Of a stretch of 59,659 nt of DNA, positions 25,641 to 39,481 are shown piece by piece (the stretch's first letter is position 1; every line of letters starts with the position of its first letter). Below the pieces are notes generated by a model. The model was given only the letters and a program-made list of their open reading frames with translations, had not been told where the DNA came from and did not search any database. The stretch comes from Ancylonema sp. (Eukaryota). The stretch is taken from the NCBI GenBank assembly GCA_050230475.1, contig JBFLGF010000175.1, positions 1-59,659 of the forward strand. Reading direction: 5' to 3'. Made by a program: the position numbers and the translations under genes.

Positions 25641-26109
25641 CCAAGAATCACCCCCGAAATGGTATTGGATAAGAGAGGTTGTAAAAAGTAGCTCCTCGTA
25701 TTTTAGCTCCCGACGGTCCAGAGCTCCCTCCCAAGCCTTGGCCTCCTTCACGCACATAAACAAGAGTTAGGAGTTAGTTTTTCTCATCCAGAAGTCAAAA
25801 GACAGCAAAATCATGAATTTCAGATTTAGGCATAAAGGGCAGAAAATCGCTGCCACCATTATTCCTATTAATATTCATCACGATGAGCTGAAAAAAATCA
25901 AGGTATATTGTATGTATGATTGGCATATGCGTACCAAATTTTGACTTAAAATTTGATATTTGAGTATTTTTCCCAGATTTTCCCAATTCATCCCAAATGT
26001 TGAATTTTGAGGTTCTGAGGGCTTTAAGAATGACTCAGCTGGATGGTGAAGATCACCTCCTGGAAATTTCAGGTGGAAGCTCTCGCTCCGATTTCTCGCT
26101 CCGAATTGG

Positions 26110-26330
26110 TAAACCTTCCCGAATCCAATCTCTTTCAAGTGTTTTGCAATAACGACTTGGGGAAGGGGATTGGTAAACATGTCCGCTGGTTGGCGGTCAC
26201 CACTAAGGTGTTCATATTGGAGCCTTCGCCTTTGGTAGCACTCTCTAACCCAATGGTAAACTACATTAAATTGTTTACCTTTTGGCGTTGAACCGAATTA
26301 TTTATCATCGACAAGGCAGAGGTGTAATCA
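26110..26330 (-). mobile_element. Ty1/copia RNase H C-terminal remnant (repeated at 29346-29566)
   Basis: DYTSALSMINN...KQFNVVYHWVRE...QPADMFTNPLP...LKEIG, matching copia CDN.SA...KHID.RYH.VRE...Q.AD.FTKPL. Frameshifted. Confidence 0.8.
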
Positions 26331-26510
26331 CAATGAACATTCATTTTTAAAGCAAATCCAATTCTTGTAACATCGAATTTTAATAACAACATTCTTTACT
26401 AACGGAGCATGCAACAATATATTCAGCTTCTGCCGTGCTCTGAGCAACGGTTGATTGTTTCTGAGATTTCCAGGATAGAGTAGACGGTTAGAGCGACACC
26501 TCGCTCTTTT

Positions 26511-27208
26511 AGTGCATAATGTCCTTGAACAAAAAGTTAGTGAAACGTTCACTACAATTTATAATGGGTTAGACATTGGACGTACATAGTCCAAGCATTG
26601 TTCACGAGTAATTGATTCATTCACTGCACATCAGTTCGTATTGTGTATTTCGTGTTTAATTCCATGCGTAAAGTCAATAAGCATGAGCAAGTATAAATTT
26701 ATTCGGGGTTGACTCGTTTGACATGAGTGCCACATTCTAGTATGGTACAACAGAGTGTCTTATTATCATTAGTTGATTTCATGTTGTACCGGTTTAGTTA
26801 CGAAATTTTCTAGCCTTTGAGCCCATATTCGGATGTGTGAGTCACGCAAACGAGGAGTGTATACTCGTATCCCTAGTCCATATTTTTTCATTCACCTCGG
26901 CGTCATCGCTATAACGTTTTTGCTCTTGTGCCATGAGCCATGCTGGATATTTATAAACTGAATGACAAACGAGTCGACCTCGAAGTCACATAAACTTGAT
27001 CATGCTTGACCTACTTCAAAGCACGGAATCATACACGAAATGTAACACTTGCCTGATGTGCCATGAATTAATTAATTATCATTCCACAATGCTTGGACTT
27101 TATAAGTCTATTGTCTAACCAACTAAAAGTTGATATGGCCGTTTCACAAACGAAATATCTAACTACAATAACCATTCCACAAACGAATGGACTTCGTACA
27201 TTATGCAC
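26511..27208. mobile_element. Long imperfect inverted repeat, foldback/MITE-like (repeated at 29747-30444)
   Basis: Arms about 26511-26725 and 26960-27208 are reverse complements, e.g. GGTTAGACA..AGTCCAAGCATTGT vs ACAATGCTTGGACT..TGTCTAACC, and GACTCGTTTG vs CAAACGAGTC. Confidence 0.75.
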
Positions 27209-28718
27209 CATATGCAATGCATTGCACCGAACCGTCAACTTCATGCACAAGTAGTTCTTCTAACTTCTCAACTTCTAAACGTTCATGTAACTTAATCGAT
27301 GCTCCATATTCCGCTAGTCAACACATCATGCACACGGTCATATTCCTCAATGACCTCATTTACAACAACTTATTTTATTTCCGTTCGCTTTGTAACGAGC
27401 TAGTACAATTCATTATAACAAGTCTATTCACTAGTGCGAACCTCGTTCTAAGGCTATTATTGATTGCCTTCTACTACATTTGCAACTTCATGAGCAGTCG
27501 CTGAGGATTAAGGTCGTGTCTCGGAGGTTGTCCATGTGCTTTGCGTATTAAACGCTTCTATAATCGTCACCGTTGTACAACGCAAATAATCTACGAGCCT
27601 CACTCCGTGTGCTTCAATATTTGATTACCCCCTAAATTCTAGATTTCGGACATTCATCACCTATGGGTGGCTAAGTAATTAGGTATGGATGTGTGGATGT
27701 GCATTTTATATGTAGGGTGAGATAGTGTAGTGCGGTGGACAAGGAGAGGCACTTGATATGAAGTTATCTCAAATTTCACAAGCGCGTGTGCATGCATTCG
27801 CACAAGTCAATTGGGATAGCATTCACATTCGGATTCGGATTCGGATCACAATAAATGCTAAAACGACACCTATCACTATTTGTATGTTTGAGTGGAGTCA
27901 CAACATGAGAGTCGCTCGATGTTTGGTTGGAGTAGAGAGTATTTCCCACAATCTTTGTTGCCTTTGCTTCGAATACCAATCGTTTTGTTGTGGTATGGCA
28001 TCCGCTCACAACCAATGACAAACTTTTGCAACAGAGTCGCACCAATTTTTTTGCCTTCATTTTCAAGCAGACATTCGAAAGGTGTACGAATCCCCAAAAT
28101 TTATCTTCGCGACCCTTACATATATCGTATTTGTGCATCACCTACAAACCATCAAGATATCTAGCTAGTGAAAGGAACACCAAGCATATGTTGTTTTTCG
28201 TTACTGATAAATATCGGATCGATATTGAAGAGGAACATTGCATCTGCAAAATTACTTAGCGTACTTCCTGTAGTGCATTATTGTACTATAGTATATACAA
28301 ATAATAGCAACAATAAAAGGACCACAAAAACTGTCAGTCTTGATTTGTTTGTATTGTATAGCTGTCAAGAGTTATTGAGTGGGGAGACAACGAGAGGACA
28401 TCACATTTTTCTTGGGTTTTAGAATCTGAAGTTGCCCATTCGTGCAACTATGAAGACTCCCATGACCCTTAGCTCCAAAGTATACTTTGCGCCAATCTAG
28501 CGATGATACAATACTAGCACATGCCATGGTACATGATGACGAGACTTGCGAGTCTTGGAGTACCTTCTTCCATGAGACAACTTGTCAATATTTGTGAAAC
28601 CGTTCAGCTTTATACAATCACACTAGAGTTTCCTTCCTCGAGAACTATACAACCGTTTTCATACCATTCAAAGCCGCCATTCTAAGGGTGTGTACCTCCT
28701 CGTGAATGGACGAGGTAT

Positions 28719-29106
28719 CTACAACTCCATACTTCTCCTCTCCTCACCATCCTCTCCCCAAACATCGGTTACCCTTCCAGCATCAACATGTAGCGCTGAG
28801 CGGTCATCGTTTTCGACACCAAACTCGGGTGGAAGCAGCGCGAGAATCGCTTCCCGTGTCGAATCTGCCACGCCGAGTGGCAATCCCTTCAACCAATGGC
28901 GGCTCGTTGTAGCGTCTGCTCTGAATCCCTGCCCCCTCATATCCTCCGCCGCTCTCCTCAGCCTCCCCTCGATAACCGCATTGCAACGCTCGATGAGGCA
29001 CGTGATGAGGCAATGGTAGAACGGTCCATCTGGGTCCACACCCGTCCTCCTCAATCTCTCGTACACCCGCCATACGCGATCCGGATACCCGGCCCCGGCC
29101 CACCCC
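28719..29106 (-). pseudogene. Duplicate 3' fragment of the last PPR4-like exon
   Basis: Identical to 31954-32341 and truncated at the duplication junction. Confidence 0.7.
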
Positions 29107-31953
29107 ATATTCATCACGATGAGCTGAAAAAAATCAAGGTATATTGTATGTATGATTGGCATATGCGTACCAAATTTTGACTTAAAATTTGATATTTGAG
29201 TATTTTTCCCAGATTTTCCCAATTCATCCCAAATGTTGAATTTTGAGGTTCTGAGGGCTTTAAGAATGACTCAGCTGGATGGTGAAGATCACCTCCTGGA
29301 AATTTCAGGTGGAAGCTCTCGCTCCGATTTCTCGCTCCGAATTGGTAAACCTTCCCGAATCCAATCTCTTTCAAGTGTTTTGCAATAACGACTTGGGGAA
29401 GGGGATTGGTAAACATGTCCGCTGGTTGGCGGTCACCACTAAGGTGTTCATATTGGAGCCTTCGCCTTTGGTAGCACTCTCTAACCCAATGGTAAACTAC
29501 ATTAAATTGTTTACCTTTTGGCGTTGAACCGAATTATTTATCATCGACAAGGCAGAGGTGTAATCACAATGAACATTCATTTTTAAAGCAAATCCAATTC
29601 TTGTAACATCGAATTTTAATAACAACATTCTTTACTAACGGAGCATGCAACAATATATTCAGCTTCTGCCGTGCTCTGAGCAACGGTTGATTGTTTCTGA
29701 GATTTCCAGGATAGAGTAGACGGTTAGAGCGACACCTCGCTCTTTTAGTGCATAATGTCCTTGAACAAAAAGTTAGTGAAACGTTCACTACAATTTATAA
29801 TGGGTTAGACATTGGACGTACATAGTCCAAGCATTGTTCACGAGTAATTGATTCATTCACTGCACATCAGTTCGTATTGTGTATTTCGTGTTTAATTCCA
29901 TGCGTAAAGTCAATAAGCATGAGCAAGTATAAATTTATTCGGGGTTGACTCGTTTGACATGAGTGCCACATTCTAGTATGGTACAACAGAGTGTCTTATT
30001 ATCATTAGTTGATTTCATGTTGTACCGGTTTAGTTACGAAATTTTCTAGCCTTTGAGCCCATATTCGGATGTGTGAGTCACGCAAACGAGGAGTGTATAC
30101 TCGTATCCCTAGTCCATATTTTTTCATTCACCTCGGCGTCATCGCTATAACGTTTTTGCTCTTGTGCCATGAGCCATGCTGGATATTTATAAACTGAATG
30201 ACAAACGAGTCGACCTCGAAGTCACATAAACTTGATCATGCTTGACCTACTTCAAAGCACGGAATCATACACGAAATGTAACACTTGCCTGATGTGCCAT
30301 GAATTAATTAATTATCATTCCACAATGCTTGGACTTTATAAGTCTATTGTCTAACCAACTAAAAGTTGATATGGCCGTTTCACAAACGAAATATCTAACT
30401 ACAATAACCATTCCACAAACGAATGGACTTCGTACATTATGCACCATATGCAATGCATTGCACCGAACCGTCAACTTCATGCACAAGTAGTTCTTCTAAC
30501 TTCTCAACTTCTAAACGTTCATGTAACTTAATCGATGCTCCATATTCCGCTAGTCAACACATCATGCACACGGTCATATTCCTCAATGACCTCATTTACA
30601 ACAACTTATTTTATTTCCGTTCGCTTTGTAACGAGCTAGTACAATTCATTATAACAAGTCTATTCACTAGTGCGAACCTCGTTCTAAGGCTATTATTGAT
30701 TGCCTTCTACTACATTTGCAACTTCATGAGCAGTCGCTGAGGATTAAGGTCGTGTCTCGGAGGTTGTCCATGTGCTTTGCGTATTAAACGCTTCTATAAT
30801 CGTCACCGTTGTACAACGCAAATAATCTACGAGCCTCACTCCGTGTGCTTCAATATTTGATTACCCCCTAAATTCTAGATTTCGGACATTCATCACCTAT
30901 GGGTGGCTAAGTAATTAGGTATGGATGTGTGGATGTGCATTTTATATGTAGGGTGAGATAGTGTAGTGCGGTGGACAAGGAGAGGCACTTGATATGAAGT
31001 TATCTCAAATTTCACAAGCGCGTGTGCATGCATTCGCACAAGTCAATTGGGATAGCATTCACATTCGGATTCGGATTCGGATCACAATAAATGCTAAAAC
31101 GACACCTATCACTATTTGTATGTTTGAGTGGAGTCACAACATGAGAGTCGCTCGATGTTTGGTTGGAGTAGAGAGTATTTCCCACAATCTTTGTTGCCTT
31201 TGCTTCGAATACCAATCGTTTTGTTGTGGTATGGCATCCGCTCACAACCAATGACAAACTTTTGCAACAGAGTCGCACCAATTTTTTTGCCTTCATTTTC
31301 AAGCAGACATTCGAAAGGTGTACGAATCCCCAAAATTTATCTTCGCGACCCTTACATATATCGTATTTGTGCATCACCTACAAACCATCAAGATATCTAG
31401 CTAGTGAAAGGAACACCAAGCATATGTTGTTTTTCGTTACTGATAAATATCGGATCGATATTGAAGAGGAACATTGCATCTGCAAAATTACTTAGCGTAC
31501 TTCCTGTAGTGCATTATTGTACTATAGTATATACAAATAATAGCAACAATAAAAGGACCACAAAAACTGTCAGTCTTGATTTGTTTGTATTGTATAGCTG
31601 TCAAGAGTTATTGAGTGGGGAGACAACGAGAGGACATCACATTTTTCTTGGGTTTTAGAATCTGAAGTTGCCCATTCGTGCAACTATGAAGACTCCCATA
31701 CCCTTAGCTCCAAAGTATACTTTGCGCCAATCTAGCGATGATACAATACTAGCACATGCCATGGTACATGATGACGAGACTTGCGAGTCTTGGAGTACCT
31801 TCTTCCATGAGACAACTTGTCAATATTTGTGAAACCGTTCAGCTTTATACAATCACACTAGAGTTTCCTTCCTCGAGAACTATACAACCGTTTTCATACC
31901 ATTCAAAGCCGCCATTCTAAGGGTGTGTACCTCCTCGTGAATGGACGAGGTAT

Positions 31954-34900
31954 CTACAACTCCATACTTCTCCTCTCCTCACCATCCTCTCCCCAAACAT
32001 CGGTTACCCTTCCAGCATCAACATGTAGCGCTGAGCGGTCATCGTTTTCGACACCAAACTCGGGTGGAAGCAGCGCGAGAATCGCTTCCCGTGTCGAATC
32101 TGCCACGCCGAGTGGCAATCCCTTCAACCAATGGCGGCTCGTTGTAGCGTCTGCTCTGAATCCCTGCCCCCTCATATCCTCCGCCGCTCTCCTCAGCCTC
32201 CCCTCGATAACCGCATTGCAACGCTCGATGAGGCACGTGATGAGGCAATGGTAGAACGGTCCATCTGGGTCCACACCCGTCCTCCTCAATCTCTCGTACA
32301 CCCGCCATACGCGATCCGGATACCCGGCCCCGGCCCACCCCTTAACGAGTGTGGTGTAGACGTGGACGGTTGGCACATCCCCAACCGCCTCCATCTCTGT
32401 CAACACCCCCTCCCCCTGTTCCATGTCCCCCGCCCGACAGCAGGCTCGGATGAAGAGGGACCGGGTGCGGGTCTCCGGATGCACATCCCGGGTCTCCATC
32501 TCTTTCTTCAATTCCGCGGCTTCCCACACGGCGCCTTGGCGGGCCCAACTGCAAGCCAGCGATTGGACCAATGCGAAATCAGTACTTAGCAAAAATGTGA
32601 CTGGACAGGAGACCAATCGAGGATGTGCCATAGTAAGTTTAGAGAGCCTGGTGCTAGCCTGGTGCTGGTTTGTGGGACGAGACACAACAAAGATGTCGCC
32701 ACAAAACCAACAGTGAGAGTGGCAGTGAGAGACGGCATATATGGAATGAGACAAAGTGTGTGAGTGTGTACAACGGAAGGTGCGCACCCGTCCATGATGA
32801 TGTTATAAATCGCAATCGTTGCCTCCATTCCCGCCACCTCCATTGCCTTCTTGACAGCTGTCGCTGTCTGCATTCGGCCCCCTTTGCAGCAAGCCTTCAG
32901 AAGAGCCCCCCACGCCCCAACGTCGGGAACCAGGTGGTGCTCCGAAATGAGCTCAAAGTTTTGGACAGCTTTTGACACGTCTCCTTGAAGGGCGGCCGCG
33001 TTGATGAGAGTGGTGAAGAGAGGGAGTGAGGGGCGCTCGCCAGAGGATATGAACGAGGTCACTAACTCCTCTGCTGCTTTCACCTGACCAGGGGGTGCGA
33101 AAACAGTGAGGGGAGGAGTGGTTGTGAGCGCAGAAGGGCGTCATGAATTTATTGATTCTCTATTTCGGTCGAGGCACTTTCTGTCCTTCTATCGAACATA
33201 CAAAGGTTACATACTTATCAAAGGGAAGGAGTATGAAGTGCAGATAAGATCCATAGCAATCTTGGCTGAAACAAGACTAAAAATGAAAATAAATAAATGA
33301 CACTAATGTTTATTCAAAGTTAGCATTTGCGTCAGCATCTAAGATGTCCCCGAGGGAGTGGCCAGCTGGTCGACTGGTACAGCATGCTGCCCAATCCAAA
33401 CCGGGATATAGGGTTCAGAATTTTGAGGTTCAGGTATTGGGTCCAACAAGGCCGTCCCTCTGAATCAGAGCCCGAAGTCGTGTGCAGCAAAGGGCCAGAG
33501 AGCAGTTTTAGGGTTTGTGGCCGACCTGGTTGTGCTTCACCATCCCCCCCACCACTGCATTCAGAGTGGCAGCGTTGGGGGGACAGCTGGCACCTCTCAT
33601 CTCCTCCATCATCCGCCCAGCCTCTTCTAGTCGGCCGGACTCAGCCAGGCCCCCTACCACCGCAGTATACGAATACACATCCGCAGCCGACCCCAACCTG
33701 AACCCCATCCCCAAACACGACCATAGAACTTTCACGTTATGCTGCTCAGCCTGCTCAGTGCTGAGTGTAGGGTTGAGAGCACACACCTACGCAGCAGTGC
33801 CACGGCGTGCTCTACCTCCCCCCCCCGGCAGAGCGCGTGCAGCAGCCCATTGAATAGCACTTTGTCGACAGATGCCCCCCCTTCCCCCCGCTCTCTCAGC
33901 AGGCCATCACACACTCGCATCGCCTCTGTTGTGTTTCCGGCCCGCAGGACGCCGTGGCGAAGCATGCTGGTGACGTGGGGATCGCGTGGAACACCGCCCC
34001 TCTCCATTTCCTTTGTGATGGCTACCGCCGATGCCATGTCGCCCCTCTGCACATGACACCAGGGAACCGTGAACCCTAACCCTCAATCCTAAACCCCAAA
34101 CCCTAAACCCTATATCCGTGTGATATGCGCGTGTACAACACCGTTGGTCAGCGCACTCAGAAGTGGACGGGCAGAGATGGACCCCCCCCCCTCCCTTCTC
34201 TTACATGCGTGTATAGATACACGAAAGCGCCGTAGGAGAGCGCGTTGGGGAGTAGGCCTAGAGTCTGCACAAAAAGAGCATAAGCATATTTGTGTCGACA
34301 AAGAATGAGTATATGCAAGTGGATCTATATTTGGGGAGGGGGTTGATTCCGGTCGAGGGTTGTTTGGGTGGGAGTCGAGTGCAATGCTGAGATGATGATT
34401 GCAAGGTTGACTTCGACCCTTCCGGTGTTGGCAGCCCAGAGGGGGCGTTGACTCAGCAGTTGACTTCATCATCGCAACCATGAGGACGAGGGCGGGCGCA
34501 CAGTGGGCTGACAGAACCAAACACAAAACATAACAAAAGACGACAAATCTGAAGCTGCATGGGTTCCCACTCAAGCCATTTGACTTGAGGGGGTAATTCG
34601 AAGAAGGCAGAAGGGTGGGAACATTTTATTAGAAGAGAGGGGTTTTCGCATTACTTTGATCTGTGCCATGAGAGCGTGACAGGTGTCCTCCCGTCCTTGG
34701 CGTGCCGCCACATTGATCACAGTGTTGAAAGCCGGCAGGGGGACCTCGAGGCCGGTCGCTATTTGCTGACGGATGATTTGGTGAGCGGGCTCCACTTCAC
34801 CTGACAGGCTGGGCGGCTGTGAGGCTGGGAGGCTGGGAGGCTGGGAGGCTGGGAGGCTGGGAGGCTGGGTGTCTCATCCGCAGTCCGTACATTATGTATT

Positions 34901-37900
34901 CGTTATGTCAGTAAGGGACTTCTTTCATGTAGAAATCATGTGGGTGTACAGTGTAGAGCCCACTGAGGGGCGGGTGATGCGTATGCCACCTGTCCTCCAG
35001 GCAGCAGTCCCGGGCATGTGACAGCTCACCAATAGGCGTGGCTGAGATTGGATGTGACGGCAGCAGAGGATTCGAGTCCAGAAGCCTCGAATTCGGAGTA
35101 CCAAAACTGGGCGGATCTGAAGATGGGGGTCGAGAATGAGGGGGCGTGAGGGAAGTGACTCGTGGTTCCGGGGGTGGCTTAGTTTGGCGTACGAGAGATC
35201 TCTGGCCTTGGCGAATCCGGAGATGAGACACCCGAAAGTGACTTCGGTCGGGGGCACGCCTTCCGACCGCATTTCGTGGACGCAGCGGACAGCGGAGGAC
35301 AGGTCGCCCGCCCGGCAGTACGCGTGGACCAGTCTGCATCATGGCGAGTACGGATGTACGGCGATGAGAGGGAGGAAGGAGAGAGTGTGGACCCACCACC
35401 GGGTTCACCTGAATTGGACCGAACTGAGTCAGGGTGCAGAGTGCATGTTGGTGGGTTGGTTGCTTACGAAGTGAAGCTGAGGGCCGAGGGGGCGATGCCT
35501 TGCGCCCGCATGGCCTCGAACGCAGACCTGGCACTGTGCTTGCTGCCGCGTCGGGCGTGGAACTTTATGAGCAACGACCAATCCCCATGCCTTGGCTGCT
35601 TCCACCCAACAAGCCCGACCAATCAGAGATCTGTGAAAAATATTGCTGAATTACTGCGTACAAACAGTCTACACCAAGATTAGCTTCGCGCGAGTATGGA
35701 GAGGGAAGAGATCTCTGCTCTGGAGATTCGTCCCTCAGAACGCCCCCCTCAAGCCAATGAGCACCTTGGGAATTGCGCCGAAGGCTTCCACCACATCCTC
35801 TACAGTGCTCTCCGAAACTTCGACGGCGGCACGGAACTTGAGGCTCGCCTCCTTGCGCTGCGCATGCCACGTGGACCGCTCGTCATCAGAAGCACCTCCT
35901 GTGGCCAACCGCTGTGCCAGCTGCCGCTCTCTTCTGCCATCATCCAGTNAAACTCCTCTGCTGCTTTCACCTGACCAGGGGGTGCGAAAACAGTGAGGGG
36001 AGGAGTGGTTGTGAGCGCAGAAGGGCGTCATGAATTTATTGATTCTCTATTTCGGTCGAGGCACTTTCTGTCCTTCTATCGAACATACAAAGGTTACATA
36101 CTTATCAAAGGGAAGGAGTATGAAGTGCAGATAAGATCCATAGCAATCTTGGCTGAAACAAGACTAAAAATGAAAATAAATAAATGACACTAATGTTTAT
36201 TCAAAGTTAGCATTTGCGTCAGCATCTAAGATGTCCCCGAGGGAGTGGCCAGCTGGTCGACTGGTACAGCATGCTGCCCAATCCAAACCGGGATATAGGG
36301 TTCAGAATTTTGAGGTTCAGGTATTGGGTCCAACAAGGCCGTCCCTCTGAATCAGAGCCCGAAGTCGTGTGCAGCAAAGGGCCAGAGAGCAGTTTTAGGG
36401 TTTGTGGCCGACCTGGTTGTGCTTCACCATCCCCCCCACCACTGCATTCAGAGTGGCAGCGTTGGGGGGACAGCTGGCACCTCTCATCTCCTCCATCATC
36501 CGCCCAGCCTCTTCTAGTCGGCCGGACTCAGCCAGGCCCCCTACCACCGCAGTATACGAATACACATCCGCAGCCGACCCCAACCTGAACCCCATCCCCA
36601 AACACGACCATAGAACTTTCACGTTATGCTGCTCAGCCTGCTCAGTGCTGAGTGTAGGGTTGAGAGCACACACCTACGCAGCAGTGCCACGGCGTGCTCT
36701 ACCTCCCCCCCCCGGCAGAGCGCGTGCAGCAGCCCATTGAATAGCACTTTGTCGACAGATGCCCCCCCTTCCCCCCGCTCTCTCAGCAGGCCATCACACA
36801 CTCGCATCGCCTCTGTTGTGTTTCCGGCCCGCAGGACGCCGTGGCGAAGCATGCTGGTGACGTGGGGATCGCGTGGAACACCGCCCCTCTCCATTTCCTT
36901 TGTGATGGCTACCGCCGATGCCATGTCGCCCCTCTGCACATGACACCAGGGAACCGTGAACCCTAACCCTCAATCCTAAACCCCAAACCCTAAACCCTAT
37001 ATCCGTGTGATATGCGCGTGTACAACACCGTTGGTCAGCGCACTCAGAAGTGGACGGGCAGAGATGGACCCCCCCCCCTCCCTTCTCTTACATGCGTGTA
37101 TAGATACACGAAAGCGCCGTAGGAGAGCGCGTTGGGGAGTAGGCCTAGAGTCTGCACAAAAAGAGCATAAGCATATTTGTGTCGACAAAGAATGAGTATA
37201 TGCAAGTGGATCTATATTTGGGGAGGGGGTTGATTCCGGTCGAGGGTTGTTTGGGTGGGAGTCGAGTGCAATGCTGAGATGATGATTGCAAGGTTGACTT
37301 CGACCCTTCCGGTGTTGGCAGCCCAGAGGGGGCGTTGACTCAGCAGTTGACTTCATCATCGCAACCATGAGGACGAGGGCGGGCGCACAGTGGGCTGACA
37401 GAACCAAACACAAAACATAACAAAAGACGACAAATCTGAAGCTGCATGGGTTCCCACTCAAGCCATTTGACTTGAGGGGGTAATTCGAAGAAGGCAGAAG
37501 GGTGGGAACATTTTATTAGAAGAGAGGGGTTTTCGCATTACTTTGATCTGTGCCATGAGAGCGTGACAGGTGTCCTCCCGTCCTTGGCGTGCCGCCACAT
37601 TGATCACAGTGTTGAAAGCCGGCAGGGGGACCTCGAGGCCGGTCGCTATTTGCTGACGGATGATTTGGTGAGCGGGCTCCACTTCACCTGACAGGCTGGG
37701 CGGCTGTGAGGCTGGGAGGCTGGGAGGCTGGGAGGCTGGGAGGCTGGGAGGCTGGGTGTCTCATCCGCAGTCCGTACATTATGTATTCGTTATGTCAGTA
37801 AGGGACTTCTTTCATGTAGAAATCATGTGGGTGTACAGTGTAGAGCCCACTGAGGGGCGGGTGATGCGTATGCCACCTGTCCTCCAGGCAGCAGTCCCGG

Positions 37901-39347
37901 GCATGTGACAGCTCACCAATAGGCGTGGCTGAGATTGGATGTGACGGCAGCAGAGGATTCGAGTCCAGAAGCCTCGAATTCGGAGTACCAAAACTGGGCG
38001 GATCTGAAGATGGGGGTCGAGAATGAGGGGGCGTGAGGGAAGTGACTCGTGGTTCCGGGGGTGGCTTAGTTTGGCGTACGAGAGATCTCTGGCCTTGGCG
38101 AATCCGGAGATGAGACACCCGAAAGTGACTTCGGTCGGGGGCACGCCTTCCGACCGCATTTCGTGGACGCAGCGGACAGCGGAGGACAGGTCGCCCGCCC
38201 GGCAGTACGCGTGGACCAGTCTGCATCATGGCGAGTACGGATGTACGGCGATGAGAGGGAGGAAGGAGAGAGTGTGGACCCACCACCGGGTTCACCTGAA
38301 TTGGACCGAACTGAGTCAGGGTGCAGAGTGCATGTTGGTGGGTTGGTTGCTTACGAAGTGAAGCTGAGGGCCGAGGGGGCGATGCCTTGCGCCCGCATGG
38401 CCTCGAACGCAGACCTGGCACTGTGCTTGCTGCCGCGTCGGGCGTGGAACTTTATGAGCAACGACCAATCCCCATGCCTTGGCTGCTTCCACCCAACAAG
38501 CCCGACCAATCAGAGATCTGTGAAAAATATTGCTGAATTACTGCGTACAAACAGTCTACACCAAGATTAGCTTCGCGCGAGTATGGAGAGGGAAGAGATC
38601 TCTGCTCTGGAGATTCGTCCCTCAGAACGCCCCCCTCAAGCCAATGAGCACCTTGGGAATTGCGCCGAAGGCTTCCACCACATCCTCTACAGTGCTCTCC
38701 GAAACTTCGACGGCGGCACGGAACTTGAGGCTCGCCTCCTTGCGCTGCGCATGCCACGTGGACCGCTCGTCATCAGAAGCACCTCCTGTGGCCAACCGCT
38801 GTGCCAGCTGCCGCTCTCTTCTGCCATCATCCAGTTTAATTCGCAAACGCTGCCCTGCCAGTAGCTGCCCCTGAAGCCGCTGCACAGCGCGAGATGCGCT
38901 CGCCTGCGCCTCGTCGTCGTTACCCCCGTAGAAGATAAAGCAAAAGCCGCGATTGGCTTCGACTGACTCGTGAGAGCGGATGAGAATGACATGCCGAACA
39001 ATGCCGCACGACGAAAAGTGGGCGGCAATCTGCGCCTTTGTAATAGTGCTTGGGAGGTTGCGGACCACTAGTTTTCCCGGATCGCCTCCTGGGTGCAGGA
39101 TGGGAGCGGCCTGGGCGAGGGAGCACACTGTACAGATACGAGGACGGGTCGAAGGGGGAGCTACCAAGCTTGATGCCACGAGGCGAGTGCTGACTACGAA
39201 TGCGGACGACATTGACACGTGAGACGCAGCCTCGTCGGTAAGTTGGCGGCGGCACACACGAGCGGTATCCACAGTCACCCACCCACAATTCGCTGCCTGT
39301 TCCAAGGCCGCCATCACCGCCGCTGACTTGCGCACGTGGGTTCGCAT
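31954..39347 (-). CDS. PPR4: RRM-containing P-class pentatricopeptide repeat protein, PPR4-like (plastid); about 10 exons once the internal duplication 33064-35948 is collapsed
   Basis: Transit-peptide-like N-terminus, RRM (KLVVRNLP...RGFCFIFY), then PPRs: WSLLIKFHARRGSKHSARSAFEAMRAQGIAPSALSFTSLVHAY and GWARQGAVWEAAEL...YTTLVKGWA...YHCLITCLIER. From recall these closely parallel land-plant PPR4. GT-AG introns. The start could be 39347 or the next ATG. Confidence 0.85.
34072..34112 (+). repeat. Degenerate plant-telomere-like (CCCTAAA) array in a PPR intron (copy at 36959-36999)
   Basis: AACCCTAACCCTCAATCCTAAACCCCAAACCCTAAACCCTA. Confidence 0.8.
34822..34869 (+). repeat. (GAGGCTGG)n octamer array in a PPR intron (copy at ~37709-37756)
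   Basis: About six tandem units. Confidence 0.9.
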
Positions 39348-39481
39348 TCAATAGAACTCGACAATATTTTCATATCAGCGCGAAGTTGCTCAGTTCGACA
39401 CCACAATCTTCGGCCTGGGCGCACTGACTGTATGCGGACGGCAGTAAGTTTTTTTGGAAACCCGTTAACAAATGTGATCAT

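Larger units (their letters stand above)
25871..32341. repeat. ~3.24-kb tandem duplication (25871-29106 / 29107-32341), probably an assembly artefact
   Basis: Copies look identical apart from a 1-bp indel near 28463. The first copy ends mid-exon of the PPR gene. Confidence 0.9.
33064..38835. repeat. 2.89-kb tandem duplication (33064-35948 / 35951-38835) with an N at 35949
   Basis: Apparently identical copies at offset 2887, joined by a single N. Confidence 0.93.

Noticed and set aside
28719..29222. Novel-looking fusion ORFs (also 35735-36031 and 58844-59203)
   Set aside because: Each is created by a duplication junction, one of them containing an N.
34072..34112. True telomere or chromosome end
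   Set aside because: Short, degenerate and located inside an intron.
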